DNA of 11,102 bases from Opitutus sp. GAS368 (GTDB lineage Bacteria > Verrucomicrobiota > Verrucomicrobiia > Opitutales > Opitutaceae). The notes below the pieces were generated by a model that had not been told where the DNA came from, did not search any database, and saw only the letters and a program-made list of their open reading frames with translations. The stretch is taken from NCBI GenBank assembly GCA_945861645.1, contig CAMAVZ010000055.1, positions 1-11,102 of the forward strand, written 5' to 3'. The translations under genes and the position numbers were made by a program. Positions 1-6,582 of this stretch are shown here, one piece after another. Position 1 is the stretch's first letter. The number at the start of each line of letters is the position of its first letter.

Positions 1-896
1 GCGTATTCGCGGCGCACCAACTCTTTCGCGGCCGCCTCCATTTGCGCAAATTCCGCGACGGTAATTTCTCCGGCAGCGAGCATGCGATCTTTCAACACCC
101 GCACGGGATCGGCTGCTTCCATGGCCGCGATATCTTCCTTCGAGCGGTAGAGCGTGTGATCATCTGAACTCGTATGACTGGCGAGCCGCTCCATTTTGGT
201 CCACAGGAGCACCGGGCCTTCGCCCGCCCGCAACTTAGCCAAAGCCGCCTGCCCTGCCGCATGCACGGCGACCGTGTCAGCCCCATCAAGCTCGGCCCAC
301 TGCGCGCGATCCAAAACCCCCAACACCAGGGGATTCGTTTTTCGCGTAGGTGTGGAGATACCGTACCCATTATCTTCTACGATAAATAAAATTGGCAGCC
401 GCCGCTCGGCGGCAAAACTGATCGCTTCAAAAAAATCTCCCTGCCGCGTCGCCGCGTCGCCAATCGTCGTGACGACGACTCCATCGGTGCCATCCAACTG
501 GAGGCCCCACGCGATCCCACAAGCCGGCAGCAACTGCGCGCCGAGGGGCGTGGGCACACTCACAATGTTCAACTCGCGGGAAGAAAAATGCGAAGGCATC
601 ATGCGGCCGCGGGACGCCGACTCGCGCTTGGCAAAATATTCGAGCGCCAAGTGACGCAGCGTCAGGCCGCGCCCCAAACACAGCCCACGGTCGCGGTAGT
701 AAGGTAAAATGAAATCCCCTTCCCGTAACTGCGCGCCGATGGCGGCCAGTGCCTCGTGGCCACGACCGGAAACGTGAAAATGCCCCTTCCCTTGCCGATT
801 CAAGCTCTCCTCACGCAGGTCGCCGTGACGGCTTTCCAGCATCGTCAGCAGCAAGTGGCGCTTCTGTTCTTTATTAAGAGGGGCGGCGGGAACCAT
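1..896 (-). CDS. 2-oxoacid dehydrogenase E1 component, alpha subunit/domain (TPP-dependent, branched-chain-like); 3' end lies outside the window
   Basis: Manual translation from the ATG at 896 gives MVPAAPLNKEQKRHLLLTMLESRHGDLREESLNRQGKGHFHVSGRGHEALAAIG...DFILPYYRDRG...GRMMPSHFS...TTIGDAATRQGDFFEAISFA...FIVEDNGYGIS...ERLASHTSSDDHTLYR. It contains the TPP-binding GD(A)...N motif, YYRD and the H-x-S-S-D-D...YR loop of E1-alpha. The frame stays open towards position 1. The ORF track lacks it because there is no stop in the window. Fusion to beta/E2 cannot be judged here. Confidence 0.93.
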   Translation of the reverse strand, partial: MVPAAPLNKEQKRHLLLTMLESRHGDLREESLNRQGKGHFHVSGRGHEALAAIGAQLREGDFILPYYRDRGLCLGRGLTLRHLALEYFAKRESASRGRMMPSHFSSRELNIVSVPTPLGAQLLPACGIAWGLQLDGTDGVVVTTIGDAATRQGDFFEAISFAAERRLPILFIVEDNGYGISTPTRKTNPLVLGVLDRAQWAELDGADTVAVHAAGQAALAKLRAGEGPVLLWTKMERLASHTSSDDHTLYRSKEDIAAMEAADPVRVLKDRMLAAGEITVAEFAQMEAAAKELVRREY

Positions 897-1092
897 GGCT
901 TAATTATGGGTCAAATTTCCCAGCAAATACCATCAAACGGCAACGCATTTCGTGCCGGCTAATAGGAGGAGGTTTTTTATTTTTTTCAATTAACCCCATC
1001 CCCTAGCCCCAAAGATGAGCAATCAAAATCACTTCGCGGCCGTGCACGCCGCAACCGGCAACGACTGCGCCCGCATCGGCCCACCCCAAAAA

Positions 1093-1225
1093 GCAGGGAA
1101 AGCGGCTCCCAATAGGAGCACGAAACCGTCCAGCCGATGCCTTCAGCCTCAACCATGGGAGTAACCAGGGGAAGATTGCTCATGAGCCTGGGTCAGCGGT
1201 CCACATAACGGCGCTCGTTAGCTGC
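1093..1225. ncRNA. Candidate structured non-coding RNA, family not identified
   Basis: Intergenic, with several nested complementary segments: GCAG(1093-1096)/CTGC(1222-1225); hairpin GCTCC-caata-GGAGC (1105-1119); CCAG(1130-1133)/CTGG(1188-1191); CTTC(1141-1144)/GAAG(1171-1174); palindrome GCTCATGAGC (1178-1187); hairpin TAACG-gcgct-CGTTA (1206-1220). The stems are short and were found by eye. Confidence 0.45.
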
Positions 1226-1232
1226 AGTAAAG

Positions 1233-1991
1233 CTAAGGGACCGCCCGCCGAGGGCCCGCGGCAAATTTCCGTAGATACTTCAAGGCCACGGCAAAATCAT
1301 TCGGTAGCGGCGCCGCCAAAGTAAATTTTGTCCGACTGAGTGGGTGCGTAAAAGTCAACTCACTCGCGTGCAGGGCAAGGTGCGTGATCAAGGCTTTCTC
1401 ATCCGCGCGGCCTTTGTACCCGCGCTTTAACGCAGAAAGCAGCAGCAAGGTTTCCGTTCCATAAAGCCGATCATTCAAAATGGGCGTACCCTGCTCCGCT
1501 AAATGCAGGCGCATTTGGTGCGGGCGACTGGTTTGGGGTCGACACTCAACGTAGGCAAAACTCACCCGTCCGACGGGGGCCGGAAATTTTTCGAGCACGG
1601 TAAATTCCGTCAAACTGATTTGGCCGTGTTTCTTCACTACACACATGCGCCCGGGCCGCCCTTCATCTTCCTTCATCACAAGCTCAACGGTGAATTCATC
1701 GTTGAGTGGCACGCCTACCGTAAGCACCTGATAAATTTTTCCCACGGTCTTGGACTGAAACTGCCCGCTCAAGAAATCGAGGGCTAATTTATTTTTGGCA
1801 AAAAGCACCAAGCCACTCGTATCAGCATCGAGTCGATGCACCGTCGCCACCTCCGCGCCCCGATGGGCCCGGACTAGCTCAAGAAGATTTTCTTCCCCGG
1901 GGGCCCGCCGATCGGGCGCAATGAGCATGGCGCTGGGCTTGTCGAAAGCGATTAAGGCATCGTCTTCAAAAATGATCAGCGGCAGCGGCAT
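1233..1991 (-). CDS. RluA-family RNA pseudouridine synthase (no S4 domain), ~252 aa
   Basis: IIFEDDALIAFDKPSAM (motif I), VHRLDADTSGLVLFAK (catalytic Asp motif II), KIY, RPHQMRLH, GTPILNDRLYG and LALHASELTFTHP. The start is placed at ATG 1991 (MPLPLIIFED); the 44-codon upstream extension to 2123 in the ORF track has no family features. Confidence 0.93.
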   Translation of the reverse strand: MPLPLIIFEDDALIAFDKPSAMLIAPDRRAPGEENLLELVRAHRGAEVATVHRLDADTSGLVLFAKNKLALDFLSGQFQSKTVGKIYQVLTVGVPLNDEFTVELVMKEDEGRPGRMCVVKKHGQISLTEFTVLEKFPAPVGRVSFAYVECRPQTSRPHQMRLHLAEQGTPILNDRLYGTETLLLLSALKRGYKGRADEKALITHLALHASELTFTHPLSRTKFTLAAPLPNDFAVALKYLRKFAAGPRRAVP

Positions 1992-2060
1992 AGGGTGCTT
2001 TTTTACCGGGGAAGCCCTCGGCGCAATCCAATACGACGAATAGGTAACGCCAAGGTTAAG

Positions 2061-2096
2061 CTTCGATGACAAAGAGAAATTCTCTTTGTGACGAAG
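2061..2096. promoter_or_regulatory. Inverted repeat, putative transcription-factor operator in the divergent rluA-like/hydrolase intergenic region
   Basis: ACAAAGAGAA(2069-2078)-A-TTCTCTTTGT(2080-2089) is a perfect 10-bp inverted repeat with a 1-nt spacer, flanked by CTTCG(2061-2065)/CGAAG(2092-2096). Confidence 0.55.
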
Positions 2097-2128
2097 GCCC
2101 GCGAGATTGAACGATAACGGCATCCCTC

Positions 2129-3223
2129 ATGCCCCCATTAAATTTTAGTCCCATGCTATCATTGGTGGCGCAGCTCCGCCACAATCCGGCCGCGCCACTG
2201 CGGATGTGGTTGCGCACTACCGATCATAAAATTCGCCCCCCCAACGCTCAGCCCCATCGACCCCGCATGCAATCTCGCCAAGCCGCGGTCCTCGCGAGCG
2301 GGCTCGCTCGGCCGCAGCAGCAGGCGCAGATTTTATCTGAACCTGCCATGGGCGCACAACCGACCATCGTCGTAGGCGGGTTTGTCCCCGACGCGATGGA
2401 TGCCCTTTATCTCCTCCGCGGAAGTTTGCGGCGGCAAGGCAGCCTTTACACCCTGAATCATCCCCCCGCGGGTTTCTCGACAGATTTATTTCTAGCGCAG
2501 CTCGCTGATCTCATTGAGGAAGTAACCGCCGCCCACCATCGACCGCCGGTCGTGATTGGCATAAGTTTTGGCGGGGGACTGGTGTTAGAATTACTGCGGC
2601 GGGCCACGGCGCATGAGACGGCTCCGGCCTTGGCGGGACTCGTCCTGATCAGTCCGGTGGCCTGCGTGGCTGATCTGCTTGATCCCACTGCGCCCAAGGC
2701 CACCACCCTACTGGGCCGCGTCATCAAACCATATGTTGAGGTCGAAGGTCCCGCGGATGGGGTCATCATCGAGCGTTCTCGCGTCATCTTTTTGAAAATG
2801 TTTGAAGCCGGCGCGCAAAATCGCGCGGCCCTTGGTCTGCTGCTCACGCGCCAAGAAACCCAGCGATTGCGCGCCGCGGTCCTGGCAACGATCAATGCCA
2901 TCACCCCCACCGGCGTGCTCGAACGCGTGCGGGCCCTCCGCGAATTTTCCCTACCTAGTGAAACCCGCTGTCTCAGCCGGACGCCCACGCTGATTCTCTA
3001 CGCAGAGAAAGAAAGTGCGGTGCTGGTGGATAATTCGCCGACGGAACAAATCTTGCGCCAGCAGACGCTAAAATGTTTTCCCCTCGGGCACTGTCTGACG
3101 GTACGAAATACCCCTGAAAATCCCGTCCAGCACGCTTCGCTGATTTTCCACGCGCAAAACTTTGAACCATTGCTTAGTAGCTTTTATCGCCAGATTAAAC
3201 CGATCCAATATCGGGCCGCCTGA
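2129..3223 (+). CDS. Alpha/beta-fold hydrolase (serine hydrolase); start may instead be 2153 or 2267
   Basis: Nucleophile elbow PVVIGISFGG (G-x-S-x-G), oxyanion segment IVVGGF, LAGLVLISP strand, PTLILYAEKE (acid position) and VQHASLIF (His position). Confidence 0.88.
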   Translation: MPPLNFSPMLSLVAQLRHNPAAPLRMWLRTTDHKIRPPNAQPHRPRMQSRQAAVLASGLARPQQQAQILSEPAMGAQPTIVVGGFVPDAMDALYLLRGSLRRQGSLYTLNHPPAGFSTDLFLAQLADLIEEVTAAHHRPPVVIGISFGGGLVLELLRRATAHETAPALAGLVLISPVACVADLLDPTAPKATTLLGRVIKPYVEVEGPADGVIIERSRVIFLKMFEAGAQNRAALGLLLTRQETQRLRAAVLATINAITPTGVLERVRALREFSLPSETRCLSRTPTLILYAEKESAVLVDNSPTEQILRQQTLKCFPLGHCLTVRNTPENPVQHASLIFHAQNFEPLLSSFYRQIKPIQYRAA

Positions 3224-3228
3224 GGAGG
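3223..3228 (+). promoter_or_regulatory. Shine-Dalgarno sequence overlapping the hydrolase stop codon (possible translational coupling to the first GH3 gene)
   Basis: TGAGGAGGCCTAATG: AGGAGG at 3223-3228 shares the last base of the TGA stop, and the next ATG is at 3233. Confidence 0.6.
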
Positions 3229-3232
3229 CCTA

Positions 3233-4855
3233 ATGCCGAGCGATCCGACCATCCTGCGCCCCGCGCCCCTACGGCTCCCGGCGGTCGCGCGCGCTTGTCT
3301 CAACCTTATTAGCGCGCCGCTGACCAGCCATACCGCGCGCCGCCTGCGTCGCCTCGGTAACGGGGTTGGCGCCCAAGAGACAATTTATCAATCGCTCGTC
3401 ACCACGCTAGCCCGACCCTCCTTCGGCCGCGTGGCTGGGCTGGAGCCCCATTTGCCCTATCGCACTTTCTGCGACCGCCTCCCCGCGCGCCACTATGAGG
3501 ATTTTTCGCCCTACATCGAACAGATGAAGCAGGGCCAAGCCGACGTGCTTTGCCCCGGCCGATGCGAATATTTCGCCGTCTCCTCGGGCACCACGGCAGG
3601 ACCCTCCAAATGGCTACCGGTCAACCGCGCCATGCTCGCTCACTTCCGGGAGGCGGGACTCGACACCCTATTTTATTATGCGCTGCGGGCAGGCAAAAAT
3701 TCCATATTCCACGGTCGCCATTTATTTCTAGGGGGTAGCAGCGCCCTGGTGGCGTTGCCCGAAATTCAACCGCCTATTTATTATGGCGATCTTAGCGGCA
3801 TCACTGCGCGCCATATCCCCGACTGGGTGGCCCGCTGGCTCTATGAACCAGGCCTCGCCATCGCGCATCTATCCGATTGGCCGGCTAAACTTGCCGCGAT
3901 TGCCCAGCGCACCTGGCGCGCTGATCTCACGATGGTGGCCGGGATCCCGAGTTGGTTGCTCGTGCTCGCCGCCACGATGCGCGCTCATGCCGAAGCCGTC
4001 TCCGGCCAGCGGCCGTCAACGCTCCAAGCTCTCTGGCCTAACCTGGAATGCCTCGTTCATGGCGGCGTGCCGGTCGCCCCATTCGCCGATGAATTGCGCG
4101 CGGCCTATGGCGCCAGCATCCAGTTCCATGAAGTTTATCCGGCGTCGGAAGCCTTTATCGCGATTCAAGACGCTGAGCCCGAAGCTGGCCTGCGCCTGCT
4201 GGTAGATCGCGGGATATTTTTTGAATTTCTACCCAGCGCCGATTACGACCCGAAAAACCCCGACGCGGCCGCCGGCCGAGCAGTGCCACTCGAAGGGGTA
4301 CAGATCAATGTTGATTATGTGCTGCTGCTCACCACCCCCGCTGGCTTGGTGCGCTATATTATTGGCGATCTGGTGCGCTTCATCAGTGTCTCCCCGCCTC
4401 GGCTGGTTTACGTCGGACGGACCAAACTCCAACTCAGTGCTTTCGGCGAACATGTCATTGAGAAAGAATTGACTGATGCCCTCACGGCGGTCTGCCGACA
4501 GCACAAGGTTCTCTTAACCAACTTTCATGTAGCCCCGCTTTTCCCTGATCCGGCCGCCCAGCGCCCGCTCGGCTGCCACGAATGGTGGATTGAACTGCGT
4601 CACCCGATCACGGCGATCCACGCTGAGCAATTTGCCGCTGATCTCGACCGCGCCCTCGCCGCCCGCAACGATGACTACGCCGCCAAACGCGCCGGGCAAG
4701 GTCTCACCCTGCCGCGCGTGCGGATGATGCCAGCAGGCAGCTTCGAGCAATGGCAGCGCCAATCTGGCAAATGGGGCGGCCAAAATAAAACTCCCCGGTG
4801 TCGTTCGGATCGACAAATCGCTGACCAACTCAAACTCTGCACCCCTTTAGCCTAG
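3233..4855 (+). CDS. GH3 auxin-responsive promoter family protein (acyl-acid amido synthetase-like adenylating enzyme), copy 1
   Basis: FAVSSGTTAGPSKWLPV (P-loop motif I), EVYPASEAFIA (motif II), GIFFEFLP, TTPAGLVRYIIGDLVRF (motif III), GRTKLQLSAFGEHV, HEWWIE, NDDYAAKR and C-terminal GKWGGQNKTPR, all typical of bacterial GH3 proteins. Confidence 0.93.
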   Translation: MPSDPTILRPAPLRLPAVARACLNLISAPLTSHTARRLRRLGNGVGAQETIYQSLVTTLARPSFGRVAGLEPHLPYRTFCDRLPARHYEDFSPYIEQMKQGQADVLCPGRCEYFAVSSGTTAGPSKWLPVNRAMLAHFREAGLDTLFYYALRAGKNSIFHGRHLFLGGSSALVALPEIQPPIYYGDLSGITARHIPDWVARWLYEPGLAIAHLSDWPAKLAAIAQRTWRADLTMVAGIPSWLLVLAATMRAHAEAVSGQRPSTLQALWPNLECLVHGGVPVAPFADELRAAYGASIQFHEVYPASEAFIAIQDAEPEAGLRLLVDRGIFFEFLPSADYDPKNPDAAAGRAVPLEGVQINVDYVLLLTTPAGLVRYIIGDLVRFISVSPPRLVYVGRTKLQLSAFGEHVIEKELTDALTAVCRQHKVLLTNFHVAPLFPDPAAQRPLGCHEWWIELRHPITAIHAEQFAADLDRALAARNDDYAAKRAGQGLTLPRVRMMPAGSFEQWQRQSGKWGGQNKTPRCRSDRQIADQLKLCTPLA

Positions 4856-4936
4856 AGGCCGGCGAGGGTGGCCCATTTTAGCGCCGCACCGTTTCGGATA
4901 TAGCCAAGCCGCCGGCACTCATTATACAGGGGAGTG

Positions 4937-6553
4937 ATGCCGCTCGTCCCGCGATTTTTAGTGAACTTCTGGGCGAGCTACCGCGTGACGCAATTCGTCC
5001 GCCGTCGGCCGTCACTCGGGCGGGGCGTCCGAGCGCAACAAGCGGCCTTCCGCCAACTCATGGAGCGCAGCGCGGGCACGGAGTTCGGCCGACTCCATAA
5101 TCTTACGGCGCAAACCACGTACCCGGAATTTTGTGAAAAAGTCCCACCGCGCCCGCATGATTATTTTGCGCCGCTCATCGCGCGCATGGCGGCCGGCGAG
5201 CCGGATGTCCTGATCCCGGGAAAATGTCAGTTGTTTGTCGAAACCGCCGGCACGACCAACTTCTCGCCCAAATTGCTACCGGTACCCGAGCCTATGCTCG
5301 CTCACTTCCAGCGAGGCCTGCGCGATGCGCTCTATCTTTATTCCGCCCGCGTCGGTCACGCGGGAGTTTTTCTTGGCCGCCACCTGCACGTCGGGGCGAG
5401 CACCGCGCTCGTCGAACAGCCGAGCCACCATCGCACCGGGCTCGATGGCCTCCTGAAGCTCTGCTTAACTCCTTGGGCCGAAGCTAAGCTTTATGCCCCG
5501 CCAGCAGCCATCGCCCAACTTCCGAGCGGGCCAGCGAAAATTGCCGCCACCCGACAAGCGATGCTCCCGCAGGATGTCACTCTGCTCGGCGGCAACCCTG
5601 CCGCCGTGAGCGCCCTCGCCCTCGCGGTGAGTCAATCGTCACCGCGCATTCCCCCGACGATTCAGCCCCTGACCTCCTTCTGGCCTAATCTAGAGTGCTG
5701 CGCCTTTACGGGAGCGGCCTTGGGCTTGCACGCTGAGCCGCTCCGCGCCGCCCTCGGCTCCACCGTCAACTTCCACGAAATTTATGCGGCGGCGGAGGGG
5801 ATCATTGCGGCGCAAGATGATGGCAGCCCCACGGGCCTAAGCTTACTGACCGATGCCGGTTTATTTTTTGAATTTATCCCCGCCCACCTCTTCAAAGACC
5901 ATCGACTGCCCGCCGCGAGCGCCGCCTGTCTGCCTTTAGCGCAAGTCGAAATCGATCGCGACTATGAACTTCTCGTGACCAGCCCCGCCGGTCTCTGCCG
6001 TTACGCTACGGGCGATATCGTGCGCTTTCTATCGCTTGATCCGCCGCGCTTACAATGGGCCGGACGGACGAGAGGCCAGCTCAACACCTTTGGCGAACGA
6101 GTCACTGAACAGGAAATCACCGACAGCCTCCTCGCGGTTTGCGCGCGCAACGGCTGGCGGCCAATTAATTTTCACGTAGCTCCGTCGAGTCACCGCATCG
6201 CGGCCGGCCAAATCATCAGCAGCCATGAGTGGTGGCTCGAGTTGGGTACGCCCACGATAAAAACCCCCACCGCGAATGGGCTCGCCCCCGAACTCGATGC
6301 GGAACTCGCGCGACGCAATCGCGAATACGCCGCCCACCGCACGGCCGGTCGCCTGTTCTTGCCCACCGTATGGCTCGTCATGCCGGGCGTGTTTGCCCAG
6401 TGGCGCCAGGCAAATGAGCAACCCGGTTTTGCGGGAAAAATACCGCCCTGCCGCCCCGATCGTCTCATCGCAGATCAACTCGCCGCCCTCACTCATTTCC
6501 ATCAAGCCCCCGTGCCTAGCTTCCCCCCGAGCCCGCCTTCATCCTCACCCTAA
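4937..6553 (+). CDS. GH3 auxin-responsive promoter family protein, copy 2 (divergent motifs); alternative GTG start at 4934
   Basis: FVETAGTTNFSPKLLPV, EIYAAAEGIIA, GLFFEFIP, TSPAGLCRYATGDIVRF, GRTRGQLNTFGERV, HEWWLE and NREYAAHR. It is colinear with copy 1 over its whole length. Confidence 0.9.
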   Translation: MPLVPRFLVNFWASYRVTQFVRRRPSLGRGVRAQQAAFRQLMERSAGTEFGRLHNLTAQTTYPEFCEKVPPRPHDYFAPLIARMAAGEPDVLIPGKCQLFVETAGTTNFSPKLLPVPEPMLAHFQRGLRDALYLYSARVGHAGVFLGRHLHVGASTALVEQPSHHRTGLDGLLKLCLTPWAEAKLYAPPAAIAQLPSGPAKIAATRQAMLPQDVTLLGGNPAAVSALALAVSQSSPRIPPTIQPLTSFWPNLECCAFTGAALGLHAEPLRAALGSTVNFHEIYAAAEGIIAAQDDGSPTGLSLLTDAGLFFEFIPAHLFKDHRLPAASAACLPLAQVEIDRDYELLVTSPAGLCRYATGDIVRFLSLDPPRLQWAGRTRGQLNTFGERVTEQEITDSLLAVCARNGWRPINFHVAPSSHRIAAGQIISSHEWWLELGTPTIKTPTANGLAPELDAELARRNREYAAHRTAGRLFLPTVWLVMPGVFAQWRQANEQPGFAGKIPPCRPDRLIADQLAALTHFHQAPVPSFPPSPPSSSP

Positions 6554-6582
6554 TCAGGAGAATCGGCGCAATCGCGTTCAGT

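Noticed and set aside
92-962. Short ORF-track ORFs on both strands (92-370, 174-389, 196-654, 377-559, 427-681, 756-962)
   Set aside because: They are shadow or off-frame ORFs over the real minus-strand E1 gene (1-896) and show no recognisable motifs.
964-972. Strong SD-like AGGAGGAGG on the plus strand
   Set aside because: It is followed by a T-tract with no start codon at usable spacing.
986-1183. 65-aa minus-strand ORF as a leader peptide or small protein
   Set aside because: No SD, Arg/Cys-rich non-protein-like composition, and it overlaps the candidate structured RNA. Not excluded without ribosome profiling.
1088-1230. Assignment of the structured element to 6S RNA or a known riboswitch (TPP, cobalamin, c-di-AMP, ZTP) or an HDV-like ribozyme
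   Set aside because: Only scattered short words match, and their order and spacing do not fit. It is shorter than a typical 6S RNA and lacks the usual zapA/ygfA context.
1992-2123. N-terminal extension of the RluA-family ORF
   Set aside because: No family similarity. It runs through the palindrome and would leave only 5 nt before the divergent gene.
2458-2988. 176-aa antisense ORF inside the hydrolase, and similar antisense or off-frame ORFs inside the GH3, dipeptidase, PLP enzyme, RidA and repeat-protein genes
   Set aside because: Expected by-products of GC-rich codon usage, with no motifs or ribosome-binding sites.
3233-6553. Horizontal transfer from plants, or auxin metabolism, as the explanation for the GH3 genes
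   Set aside because: The motifs (HEWWIE, NxDYxAKR, GGQxKxPR) are of the bacterial GH3 type, composition matches the neighbours, and the family name does not imply an auxin substrate.
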